Source: Candidatus Levyibacteriota bacterium (GTDB taxonomy: Bacteria > Patescibacteriota > Microgenomatia > Levybacterales > UBA12049). From it: a stretch of 64,000 nt of DNA. The position numbers and the translations under genes are program-made. The stretch lies in contig JAJDCG010000001.1 of assembly GCA_029260965.1 (NCBI GenBank), positions 20,803 to 84,802 on the forward strand, given 5' to 3'. The notes beneath the pieces are model-generated. The model saw only the letters and a list, made by a program, of their open reading frames with translations. It ran no database searches and was not told the DNA's origin. Every line of letters begins with the position of its first letter. The stretch's first letter is position 1. Positions 9,466 to 18,162 of this stretch are shown in pieces.

Positions 9466-10767
9466 TCATGAAAGAGCGAGCACTTCTCTCTTAAACTGTT
9501 CCCCACGGTCTTTGTAGTTAGCAAACATGCCAAAACTCACACACCCAGGTGTTAAAATCACCACATCGCCAGAACGAGCAACTTTTGCTGCAGCTGAAAC
9601 AACAGTTTTCATATCTGTCGCATCCTCAATAATCAAGATCTTGGATCTTGGATCTTGAATCTTGGATTTGATCTCGTGCCACTCATCCCCAATACCAATA
9701 ATTGCTTTTATGTTTTTTGCCTCTCTTACCACTCTTCCAAGATCACTAAAATCATTTTTTCTTACTCCTGATCCTCCAAGGATTAATATTTCAGGAGAAT
9801 TAAACGCCTCAATTGCAGCAATTGCCGTTTCAGGCGTGGTTGAAAATGAATCATCATAATACTTCACGCCCCCTATCTCACGAACCAACTCAAGCCTATG
9901 CTCCAAACCTTTAAATGATTTCAAAACTGAAATTATATTTTTTGTCGAAACCCCCACAGTATTTGCAGCCATAACAGCAGCACAAACATTCTCATAATTA
10001 TGCTTTCCAGGAAGTAAGATTTCCTTGGTATCCCCGATCTCATTATCACTACCATTTTTGCGAACAATCACTTTTCCTCCTATTACAAAACAACCATTAT
10101 CAGTCTCCCTCTCACGCGAAACATAGAAAACTTTTCCTTGTGTTTCAATATCAGATTCGTTGCTTGCAGGATAGTCTCTGTTAACTATTGCAAAGTCATC
10201 AGCTGTTTGAAAACGCAAAATGTTTCTCTTTGCATCTATGTATTCTGATAAGTCTTTATGATGATCTAAATGATCTGATGTGATCATGAGAACTACAGCG
10301 ATATGTGGGCTTTTTTTTAGGTCTTTTAACTGAAAACTAGATAGCTCCAGCACAGTCCACGAATGAGTATCTAATTTATCCAAAAAGTTAACTGCAGGCT
10401 CTCCTATATTGCCACCCAGATATGCATCAACTCCTTCTTTTTTTAACATTTCATAGATAAGACTGGATGTTGTACCTTTTCCTTTTGTTCCAGTCACTCC
10501 TATTGCTTTTCCTTTTGCATTACTCAGAAAAATATTTGTTAATGTTGTATATGAGATTTGGATAAGTTCTGATTTCACACCAGGAGATTTTATCGCCAGA
10601 TCATAATCTTTTTGTCTATCCAGATAACCAGCCCCGTCCTTTTGATCAACTATTCCTATCTCTGCATCAGGAACATATTTTTTCAAAAACTTCTCTGCAG
10701 CATGTCCTTCCACTCCATAGCCGACAATTAAAATTTTTTTATTTTTTTTAATATCTTCGATTTTCAT
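9466..10767 (-). CDS. murD: Mur ligase, UDP-N-acetylmuramoyl-L-alanine--D-glutamate ligase-like (MurD or MurD2); carries in-frame heptad-repeat insertion
   Basis: Rossmann N-domain KKILIVGYGVEGHA, Mur ligase P-loop GVTGTKGKGTTSSL, C-terminal Mur ligase domain; in-frame repeat at 9634-9671 encodes KSKIQDPRSKIL. Confidence 0.8.
   Translation of the reverse strand: MKIEDIKKNKKILIVGYGVEGHAAEKFLKKYVPDAEIGIVDQKDGAGYLDRQKDYDLAIKSPGVKSELIQISYTTLTNIFLSNAKGKAIGVTGTKGKGTTSSLIYEMLKKEGVDAYLGGNIGEPAVNFLDKLDTHSWTVLELSSFQLKDLKKSPHIAVVLMITSDHLDHHKDLSEYIDAKRNILRFQTADDFAIVNRDYPASNESDIETQGKVFYVSRERETDNGCFVIGGKVIVRKNGSDNEIGDTKEILLPGKHNYENVCAAVMAANTVGVSTKNIISVLKSFKGLEHRLELVREIGGVKYYDDSFSTTPETAIAAIEAFNSPEILILGGSGVRKNDFSDLGRVVREAKNIKAIIGIGDEWHEIKSKIQDPRSKILIIEDATDMKTVVSAAAKVARSGDVVILTPGCVSFGMFANYKDRGEQFKREVLALS
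9634..9671. repeat. Tandem heptanucleotide repeat (GATCTTG)x3 plus two degenerate units, in-frame inside murD
   Basis: caagatcttggatcttggatcttgaatcttggatttgatc; flanks (aataatNa...ggattt) match the copy at 2820-2866. Confidence 0.85.
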
Positions 10768-12095
10768 ATTGTTAGTATTTGCTGGAATTCATGAGAAAGA
10801 TTATGCGCCCCTGATGTCTCAAAAGATTCTTCCAATAACTTTTTACTATCCATCCTTGTTAAGACATCTGATACAAAAAGTCTCATAGCTTCGTCTTCTT
10901 CATATTCTCCTTTTTTATGTGCTTTATAAAAGGCTATTTTTACCTCAGCAGGTGTTCCCACGCAATCAAAAGGCTTTATTGCGGATTCCCCCAAAAGCTC
11001 TTTGTAAGTCTCTAAAAGTTCTTTTTTTGCAAATAAATTTTCTCCAAAAATCTCAATCAATCTCTCCTTTGCTAAAAAAGCAGCAAGTAATGAAAAAACA
11101 AAAGCACATTTTGCGCACTCTCCACACCATTTTTTATCAGTTGTTTTGTTTATGGCAAAATTTCTGTTGCAGCTTGAAAAACTAGAGAAATATTTATCAT
11201 ATCTTGAAAAAATCTCAGCAATTTTTATCTCACTAAATGGTCTGAGAATTGAAAAATAACATACATCAGGTGTCACAAATTTCTGCAGATATTCTCCAAG
11301 CATGCACTCAAACTCAAACGACTTGCTCCACTGATGATTTATTTCCTGATCCAAATATCTAACGTTTCCATAACTTGATGATCTCTCATTGGCAACAATC
11401 ACATTTTTATAATCATAAAGTACTGCTGAAAAAACTCCGACAAATGCGTAAATAGCAGAGATTGGAACATGTCCGTTTTGAACATCTTTTCTCTTGTTAA
11501 GCTCAAAAATCTGTGGATCAAGAATTCTTTTTATATTTATTCCCCTTTTTCCAACCAGATTCATGACTTCATCCTGCAGATTTGTTTTCTTGAGAACAAA
11601 ACAGTCAAACTCACGACCAATTTTTTTCAAAAGCTCTGCGGCAACAATTGACTCCTTTCCTCCTCCCATGCCAAGCAGTGACCTTTCCTGACGTGGCAGC
11701 GAAACAGAAGTTGGAAAAACGTTATCTGAGTATGGAAAAGATATCAGACCTCGAAAATCAATTTGGTTTTTATAAAAAAACTCACCAAGGCCTTTTGTAT
11801 AGACTGTATTCCAAAATCCTGCTTGATTTTTTGAGAGAGCAAACTTTTCAATAATAATTTCGCGGGGGCAAAATACTTTGTAATAGCTGATGCCCAGGAT
11901 CAGATGCAGGCTCTGTAATACATTTTCTAAAAGCTCTTTTGGGATATCTGTATCAAAGGGCTTTGGAAACTCAAGCGTCTCTCTGAGCTCAATTTCTTCT
12001 CCATTGTGGTTGATCTGATAATCAAATTCTGCGACTCCTGTCTGCGGATCCCAAGTATAATTCTTGAAAATAAATGCGCTCTTCTCCATCTCCAT
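10764..12095 (-). CDS. Hypothetical protein with degenerate PP-loop (GGGKES) and Cys cluster CGECAKC; translationally coupled to murD; candidate MurL-like ATP-dependent enzyme
   Basis: LLGMGGGKESIVAAELLK resembles PP-loop SGGxDS of QueC-type ATP pyrophosphatases; CxxCxxC about 180 aa downstream as in QueC; 4-bp overlap with murD start. Confidence 0.4.
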   Translation of the reverse strand: MEMEKSAFIFKNYTWDPQTGVAEFDYQINHNGEEIELRETLEFPKPFDTDIPKELLENVLQSLHLILGISYYKVFCPREIIIEKFALSKNQAGFWNTVYTKGLGEFFYKNQIDFRGLISFPYSDNVFPTSVSLPRQERSLLGMGGGKESIVAAELLKKIGREFDCFVLKKTNLQDEVMNLVGKRGINIKRILDPQIFELNKRKDVQNGHVPISAIYAFVGVFSAVLYDYKNVIVANERSSSYGNVRYLDQEINHQWSKSFEFECMLGEYLQKFVTPDVCYFSILRPFSEIKIAEIFSRYDKYFSSFSSCNRNFAINKTTDKKWCGECAKCAFVFSLLAAFLAKERLIEIFGENLFAKKELLETYKELLGESAIKPFDCVGTPAEVKIAFYKAHKKGEYEEDEAMRLFVSDVLTRMDSKKLLEESFETSGAHNLSHEFQQILTI

Positions 12096-12126
12096 GAGGG
12101 TATTATAAGCGATTTGGCTATTTTTT

Positions 12127-12200
12127 ACTATTTTTGTACCAGGGGCGAGATTCGAACTCGCGACCTGAGGTTTATGATTCCTCTGCTCTAACCAACTGAG
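12127..12200 (-). tRNA. tRNA-Met (anticodon CAT); elongator or Ile2-lysidine type cannot be distinguished by eye
   Basis: Cloverleaf read by hand: acceptor GCCAGGG/CCCTGGT, D-arm GCTC-AGTTGGTTA-GAGC, anticodon loop ATCATAA, T-arm GCGAG-TTCGAAT-CTCGC, discriminator A; 74 nt. Confidence 0.75.
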
Positions 12201-12272
12201 CTACCCTGGCGTGATCACAAGTATACCAAGTTGACCACGCACAAATCAAATGCTATACTAGCTTTCTAATAC

Positions 12273-12339
12273 GCGGGGTAGTGTACGGTGCACGTGAGGC
12301 TCATAATCTCACAGGCTAGGTTCAACTCCTAGCCCCGCA
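12273..12339 (+). tRNA. tRNA-like gene with CAT anticodon and unusually short D-arm (67 nt)
   Basis: Acceptor GCGGGGT/GCCCCGC, anticodon arm TGAGG-CTCATAA-TCTCA, T-arm CTAGG-TTCAACT-CCTAG, discriminator A; only about 14 nt between acceptor and anticodon stems. Confidence 0.5.
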
Positions 12340-12397
12340 ACACCGAAATTCTTTGTTAAAATCGTGGGTACGAACCCCCCCTGGTACAATATAGCTA

Positions 12398-12643
12398 ATG
12401 TGGTATATTTATATCCTTCTCTGCTCTGACAACAGCCTCTATACAGGCGCGACAAACGATATTGCCAAGAGGTTTGAAACGCATAAAAATGGCAAAGGTG
12501 GCGCCTATACCAGATCTCACAAAGTACTAAAAATAATCCATAAGGAGAAATTCAAATCAAAATCCGAAGCGCTCAAACGTGAAGCTGAGATCAAAAGCTG
12601 GACGCGTAAAAAGAAACTAAAAAGCTTAAAGCTAAAAATCTAA
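12398..12643 (+). CDS. GIY-YIG nuclease superfamily small protein (UPF0213/YhbQ-like)
   Basis: WYIYILLCSDNSLYTGATNDIAKRFETH is the GIY-YIG core. Confidence 0.8.
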   Translation: MWYIYILLCSDNSLYTGATNDIAKRFETHKNGKGGAYTRSHKVLKIIHKEKFKSKSEALKREAEIKSWTRKKKLKSLKLKI

Positions 12644-13341
12644 ACCCATTTCCCTTTTTTTCCCTCTTTAAATGAAAAATAACCTGATTTGGCAACAATC
12701 AAATGATCAGTTAAGACGATCCCCAACATCTCCCCCGCCTCATGAATCCTTTTTGTAAACTCTATATCATCACTTGACGGATCAGGATCACCTGAGGGAT
12801 GATTGTGCACTAGGATAATTGAGGCACAAGGCATAGAAAATGCAGGAGCGAAAATATCCCGTGAGGAAAGAAGCATATTGTTTAGACTTCCCTGACCTGC
12901 TATTTCTTTCTTGAGAATTTCTTGCCTGGCGTTAAGATAAAACACAATCAAAAATTCCTGCTTTTTCCCAACAAATTCTTTAACATAAGGCAAAATATCT
13001 TTTGTTTTATATACAACATCTTTGGGGAACGCATCTTTTTCAAAAAGTCTTCTTCCAAGCTCCACACCTGCCAAAATTCTTGAGATCTTCGATCTGCCAA
13101 TTCCCTGAATTCCAACAAGCTCTGATGCTTTTATTTTGGATAATTTCATCAGAGGAAAATGCTTGAGAAAGCTTTTACCCAGCTGTACTGCGTTTTTTTT
13201 CAGAGAACCTGTACCCAATAAAATAGCTATAAGCTCGCTATCTGAGAGGTTTTCTGCGCCTTTTTCTATCAGCTTCTCCCTAGGACGTGAGGAAAGAGGC
13301 AAATCTTTTATTCGCTTTCTCTTCTTTTTTAGATTTCTCAT
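12640..13341 (-). CDS. radC: RadC-family JAB/MPN domain protein (UPF0758)
   Basis: HhH N-terminus (LSDSELIAILLGTGS) and JAMM motif LVHNHPSGDPDPSSDDIEFT. Confidence 0.85.
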   Translation of the reverse strand: MRNLKKKRKRIKDLPLSSRPREKLIEKGAENLSDSELIAILLGTGSLKKNAVQLGKSFLKHFPLMKLSKIKASELVGIQGIGRSKISRILAGVELGRRLFEKDAFPKDVVYKTKDILPYVKEFVGKKQEFLIVFYLNARQEILKKEIAGQGSLNNMLLSSRDIFAPAFSMPCASIILVHNHPSGDPDPSSDDIEFTKRIHEAGEMLGIVLTDHLIVAKSGYFSFKEGKKGKWV

Positions 13342-13368
13342 CCTGACTATAGTATAATAAGACTGTTC

Positions 13369-13686
13369 ATGAAAGTCGATTCAAAAAAACATAAAGTTCT
13401 CAATGAACTGGCACGGCGTATACGTACAGCAAGACGCGCATCTCGATTGTCTCAATCTGAACTAGGTAGAGGTATAGGCGTATCAGACAAATCTGTTTCT
13501 TCTTATGAAAAAGGTCGAAGCATTCCGCCCTTTGAAAAATTGCGAAAAATAGCCAAGTCCACCAACAGACCTGTAAGCTATTTTACCCAGGAAAATGAAA
13601 CAGATGCTGAAGTCACAACAAAACTTCTATCAATTGAGCGTGAACTTGCAGAGGTCAAAAAACTCCTCAAAAACTCTAAAAAATAA
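13369..13686 (+). CDS. XRE-family helix-turn-helix transcriptional regulator
   Basis: LSQSELGRGIGVSDKSVSSYEKGRSIP is a classic HTH_3 segment. Confidence 0.7.
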   Translation: MKVDSKKHKVLNELARRIRTARRASRLSQSELGRGIGVSDKSVSSYEKGRSIPPFEKLRKIAKSTNRPVSYFTQENETDAEVTTKLLSIERELAEVKKLLKNSKK

Positions 13687-13734
13687 CCTATTGCCTCTTG
13701 ACATATTATACAAAATTCTCATATTATTAGATAT

Positions 13735-14079
13735 ATGAGGCAAAAAATAGGAATTATTCTTTTAGAAAGAACGGAGATAATAATAAGAATCTATGAAGCT
13801 GATGGCAAAGAATGGAAACTGCAACACTATCAAAATAAAGAATTCCAAGTTTCAAAAGAAACTAAACAAACAGAGGTGGATATCATAATCAATGAGATTG
13901 CAAGTTTTATGCTGAGTGATTATGCAAAATTTATTTCTGAATGGAAAGCCTGCGCCCGCTACTTACCTACTCCATTTACTAAAGTAATTACATCAGCTAC
14001 TGGATTTCGAATCGAAAACCTGAGCCAAACACGTGAACAGGAACTAATCTGCAAGGGTATGTTTACTGAATTGTGGTAA
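13735..14079 (+). CDS. Hypothetical protein (114 aa)
   Basis: ORF only; no motif. Confidence 0.3.
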   Translation: MRQKIGIILLERTEIIIRIYEADGKEWKLQHYQNKEFQVSKETKQTEVDIIINEIASFMLSDYAKFISEWKACARYLPTPFTKVITSATGFRIENLSQTREQELICKGMFTELW

Positions 14080-14080
14080 G

Positions 14081-14425
14081 TTAAAAGAACAAATCCCACC
14101 ATTTTTCCCAATTCGCACGCGTATCTCTAGGCTCTGCTTCCGCAGTTGCTCTCAAAACCTCATTCGGAAGCACTACTACACTCTCACCTTGTCTGGACAT
14201 AAAAAGCTTATCTCGCGCCTCACGCTCTACAAAACCTGCATCTTGCACCTCTGTTAGTTTTGCTCGCAACTGCATGTTCTCAACCTTCTCACTATCAATT
14301 TCCTGCTTTGCGGTCTCTATTAGATCCTTTTTGCGATATAGATCATAAATTGAATGAACTAGGTTATTTATTACCAAAACTGAGGCTATAATTACTATAA
14401 AAAAAACTACCTTTCTAAAACCCAT
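14081..14425 (-). CDS. Septum-formation initiator family protein (FtsB/DivIC-like)
   Basis: N-terminal TM, then coiled-coil (DLYRKKDLIETAKQEIDSEKVENMQLRAKLTEVQD), then FVEREARDKLFMSRQGE, which matches the FtsB/DivIC conserved segment. Confidence 0.55.
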   Translation of the reverse strand: MGFRKVVFFIVIIASVLVINNLVHSIYDLYRKKDLIETAKQEIDSEKVENMQLRAKLTEVQDAGFVEREARDKLFMSRQGESVVVLPNEVLRATAEAEPRDTRANWEKWWDLFF

Positions 14426-14467
14426 GTATTTCTCAATATAATACGCGCTTGACTATAAGTCAATTAT

Positions 14468-15352
14468 ATGATATTATGGGATCCTGTTATGACAAATCAT
14501 GTCAAATTAGGCAATGCCCACAAAGATTTTATTGACTTTCTCAAGGACAAAAAACACTCAAGTGCGACTATTTTGGCCTATGGAAAAGATATTGAACAAC
14601 TCACAAACTTCCTGTCTGAGTTGGAAAAAGAGCACATTCACGAAGTGGACAAGGACGATATACAGGCATTTCTCGGCAAACTCTCTGAAAAAGGCTATAC
14701 CCCTAAATCTCTCTCTAGGAAGCTCAATTCTACACGCACATTTTATAGATTCCTCAAGGTAAACGAATACATAACAGATGATCCTTCTCTGCTTGTTAGT
14801 CACCCACAATACGAATTGGCACCGCCTCGTATGCTAAAACCAACAGAATATAGGGCACTTCGTGATGCTGCTCGTAATGATGCGCGTATGTATGCAATCA
14901 TTGAACTCTTGCTCCAAACTGGGATCAGGATAGGTGAACTAGCAGACCTGAGAACAACTGATATCAGAAACGATGAATTACGCATCCGTCAACATGAAAA
15001 ACATCCTGAACGCATGGTTCCCATGAACAAATCTGCCAAAGAAGCACTCAGTCGCTATATGGAAGTACGTCCTGAAGTTGAGGAAGACCACGTATTTGTC
15101 ACCAAATCTGGAAAACCATTTCTAGTCCGCAACATCAGAACAGCAATTGAACGCTATTTCAGAATTGCAGGTATTGAAAATGCCAAGGTAAACGATCTCC
15201 GACACACATTTGTTGCGCACCACCTCAAACATGGAGTTTCTCTAGTGTTGCTTTCAAAAATCCTGGGACACAAGAGACTTTCAACAACAGAGCGCTACCT
15301 CGAATACGTTCAAGATAGGGCAAAAGACACCAACAACCTCAGCGAGCTTTAA
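14468..15352 (+). CDS. Tyrosine site-specific recombinase (XerC/XerD / phage-integrase family)
   Basis: N-terminal SAM-like core-binding domain and C-terminal catalytic residues R...HxxR...Y (RHTFVAHHL..., LGHKRLSTTERYL). Confidence 0.8.
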   Translation: MILWDPVMTNHVKLGNAHKDFIDFLKDKKHSSATILAYGKDIEQLTNFLSELEKEHIHEVDKDDIQAFLGKLSEKGYTPKSLSRKLNSTRTFYRFLKVNEYITDDPSLLVSHPQYELAPPRMLKPTEYRALRDAARNDARMYAIIELLLQTGIRIGELADLRTTDIRNDELRIRQHEKHPERMVPMNKSAKEALSRYMEVRPEVEEDHVFVTKSGKPFLVRNIRTAIERYFRIAGIENAKVNDLRHTFVAHHLKHGVSLVLLSKILGHKRLSTTERYLEYVQDRAKDTNNLSEL

Positions 15353-15411
15353 GCCTATTTCCAAAGACTTAGCTTCACATCTCAACACACCTGATATATA
15401 ATCAATAACTA

Positions 15412-16692
15412 ATGGGCAACAACCAAAAGTCAGCACTCGATGATGATTTATTTGAAGAATTTAAAAATCTCTATTTTGATGACTACGAATACTTAGCAAT
15501 AGAAAAAATCGTAAAAGAAAAAAATAAAAAGGACTTCTTAAACGAAAAGATTGAAAATCCAACTTTTGAATATCCCTTGCTTGAATCCTTTGATTTCAAA
15601 ACAAGAGAAAAAGGATTTGAGAATTTAAAACAAAAAGTTAATAAAAATAAAAACCCAGTCGTGCGACTTGCATACACAAAACGCATTGATGAGATGCTCA
15701 TACAAATACAGATGCTAAAAGCCTCAAAACTAAGTGATGATCTTAAATTTAGTGAGTGTTCAAAACTTGTTTATGGAGATCCAAAACCTGAAATATTTGA
15801 ATATGATAAGAGAGTTGTAAAAATAGCTACTCATGAAGCTTTTGATTCAAAAGATTCAAAACGTATAAAGGCAGCAGAAAAATTACAAAACCTTCTGGGT
15901 GATTTATCTTACGATAAATCTATCGAAGAAAAACTAAACCTATTGCCAAAACCATCAAAAGACACAGGCAAAATTCTTAATTCTATCGAGATAAAGTCGG
16001 TTTTTGAAAAAGCGGTTGAAGAGATGAATCTTAAAAATTGGTCTGTAAAAATTGACACCACAGGCATTTTAACAAATCTAAATGCCAATCAGGAAACAAA
16101 AACAATAAATATACCTACGGATAAAAATCTGAGAAATAGAGAAGCACCTACCACAAAGAAAAATGTTCTTGCATTAATTGCCCATGAACTTGGAACACAT
16201 GCCAGAAGACGAGAAAATGGAGAAAAAAGTAAATTAAAACTTCTCGGTCTTGGACTTGATAGATTCCTCAAAGGCGAAGAAGGGCTTGCGTCTTTTGCAT
16301 ACCAGCAAATTCAAGGCGCCAAGAATTTTGCAGGATTTGGAAGTCATTTCTCAGTATCAATTGGCGTAGGGCTTGATGGAAAGAAAAGAGATTTTAGAAA
16401 AGTTTTTGAAATACTAAAACTTTATTTCCTGACATCGATTGAACCAGATATAGATAGACTAAAACAAGCAGAAAACCTTGCATGGAACACTTGTGCGAGG
16501 TGTTTTCGTGGAACAACCTGCAAAACACCAGGCGCTCTATTTACAAAAGGACATATCTATAGTGAAGGAAACATCAATATCTACAAACTAATTGCTTCTG
16601 GATCAAAAGAAATTGAGAGATTCATAATCGGAAAATATGATCCGATAAATAAAAACCACATCCAAATCCTTGACCGATTGAGAATAATATAA
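15412..16692 (+). CDS. DUF1704 / QEGLA-motif protein (flavohemoglobin expression-modulating family; putative zinc carboxypeptidase-like)
   Basis: HExxH-like HELGTHARR followed by GEEGLASFAYQQ (QEGLA motif) about 60 aa later. Confidence 0.55.
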   Translation: MGNNQKSALDDDLFEEFKNLYFDDYEYLAIEKIVKEKNKKDFLNEKIENPTFEYPLLESFDFKTREKGFENLKQKVNKNKNPVVRLAYTKRIDEMLIQIQMLKASKLSDDLKFSECSKLVYGDPKPEIFEYDKRVVKIATHEAFDSKDSKRIKAAEKLQNLLGDLSYDKSIEEKLNLLPKPSKDTGKILNSIEIKSVFEKAVEEMNLKNWSVKIDTTGILTNLNANQETKTINIPTDKNLRNREAPTTKKNVLALIAHELGTHARRRENGEKSKLKLLGLGLDRFLKGEEGLASFAYQQIQGAKNFAGFGSHFSVSIGVGLDGKKRDFRKVFEILKLYFLTSIEPDIDRLKQAENLAWNTCARCFRGTTCKTPGALFTKGHIYSEGNINIYKLIASGSKEIERFIIGKYDPINKNHIQILDRLRII

Positions 16693-16919
16693 AAATTTAA
16701 TAAATTATTCAGTCATGGCACATGTAGGGTTTTGTCTAAAAAGAGGCAGGCAGCGATCTATCGCCTAAATCCTATCTCTCAGATCTTCAAGGAATTTTTC
16801 CTCAACAGGACCCAAAGGCTCAAGTCCCGAAATAAATTTGTAACATAATCCTTGCGTTGAAGTTCTTATGTACATCTGTGGATCCTCTGTTGAAGATTTA
16901 ATCTCTATCGTGTTTCTAT

Positions 16920-17537
16920 CTAATACTCAGGGTTTATTCCTAACAAAAAACCCTTCCTGTTAGTCGCACCTTCGATCGCAGACTGTAGCAGTGCAATATC
17001 CACACCTCTGTAGCTAAAATAAGATACTTCATTTAATTCTGCTTCAGGAGAATTAAGCAAGGCAGCCATAGACAAAGGCAAGTCTTTAGTTATATTCCCA
17101 ATTTGCACAGAAAATATCAAATTACTAGCTCGATCTACATCTACTCTGTTATCAATAGAAAGACCTATTGTCTGTAACAAATAATGGGTTTGAGCATCTG
17201 CTTTTGCATATCCACGCGCTGACTCTTCAGCCTCTTCGGGCAAAAAAAGAAGGTCTTTTGCCCACTCAGATCCCTCACTAAATGTAGGAATCATCATTCC
17301 AGCTGTTGGAAAAACAGCAATATCTCCATGAGAAAAATCTACTAATCCATGACTACCACCTGATCTTTCCACCAATTTCCCATTTTCAATCGATCTCATG
17401 ACCATTTCTAGGCTCGTACCATGAAGAGCAGCATGTCTTTCATCCCTAGCGCTGATGCTTCCACGCCGAGCCACAGCAAGCAAGTGCGATGCGACTTCCC
17501 TTTGTGCTGGTGATAATTCTCCTGATTCTTTATTCAT
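16920..17537 (-). CDS. Hypothetical protein (205 aa)
   Basis: ORF only. Confidence 0.3.
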   Translation of the reverse strand: MNKESGELSPAQREVASHLLAVARRGSISARDERHAALHGTSLEMVMRSIENGKLVERSGGSHGLVDFSHGDIAVFPTAGMMIPTFSEGSEWAKDLLFLPEEAEESARGYAKADAQTHYLLQTIGLSIDNRVDVDRASNLIFSVQIGNITKDLPLSMAALLNSPEAELNEVSYFSYRGVDIALLQSAIEGATNRKGFLLGINPEY

Positions 17538-17604
17538 ATTGGAAATACTAAATTAGTCAATGGATAATAGCATATTCTTAGCTATAATTCAAACTATAGG
17601 GTTT

Positions 17605-18162
17605 TTATGATTTATTAAAAAGCTTTTTCCTAAATTTTTCCAATCTCTCAGGATCAAGGCGCATTCTGAGAATATCATTTGAAATATTTTGCCCCCAGAA
17701 CTCCTCACTTGAGACAATTTGGAGAAACTCATCAAAACTGACCTCTTTTACATCTATCTTTTCACCTGCATCAAGTGCGGGTTCTGCAACTTTTCTACAA
17801 CTACGAGCAATAAAAAAATACAAAGTCCAATCAATTTTTCCCTCGCTATTATAAGTTTTGTAAAGCTCCCAATCATCTGATTCTAGTCCAGCTTCTTCCA
17901 GAAGCTCTCTTTTAGCAGTTACCAAAGGGTCTTCCCCCTCCTCCTGACGGCCACCCAAAAGCGTATAAGCAGGGGGTCTTCCAGGCTGCTCTTCATGAGA
18001 GAGAAAAACTAGATTATTTGCGGTAGGTATGATTAGAATAGTATCTGGTCTTTTGAGTGCCTCAAATGTAGCATTTGTCCCATCATAAAGTTTTTGCTTC
18101 CATTGGTATGTATCAAAGATTTGTCCTTTAAAAACCCGCTTTGCTTTATCTGGTATTTTCAT
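17605..18162 (-). CDS. NUDIX hydrolase
   Basis: Nudix box GGRQEEGEDPLVTAKRELLEEAGL (GX5EX7REUXEEXGU). Confidence 0.85.
   Translation of the reverse strand: MKIPDKAKRVFKGQIFDTYQWKQKLYDGTNATFEALKRPDTILIIPTANNLVFLSHEEQPGRPPAYTLLGGRQEEGEDPLVTAKRELLEEAGLESDDWELYKTYNSEGKIDWTLYFFIARSCRKVAEPALDAGEKIDVKEVSFDEFLQIVSSEEFWGQNISNDILRMRLDPERLEKFRKKLFNKS

Noticed and set aside
10764-12095. Calling the 443-aa protein QueC
   Set aside because: The PP-loop is degenerate (GGGKES) and sits about 140 aa from the N-terminus after an extra domain. The size is twice that of QueC. The call is kept as a generic PP-loop-like hypothetical.
12346-12390. Third intact tRNA gene
   Set aside because: Only the T-arm and acceptor 3' strand are recognisable. 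Upstream sequence overlaps the second CAT tRNA and cannot form D or anticodon arms.
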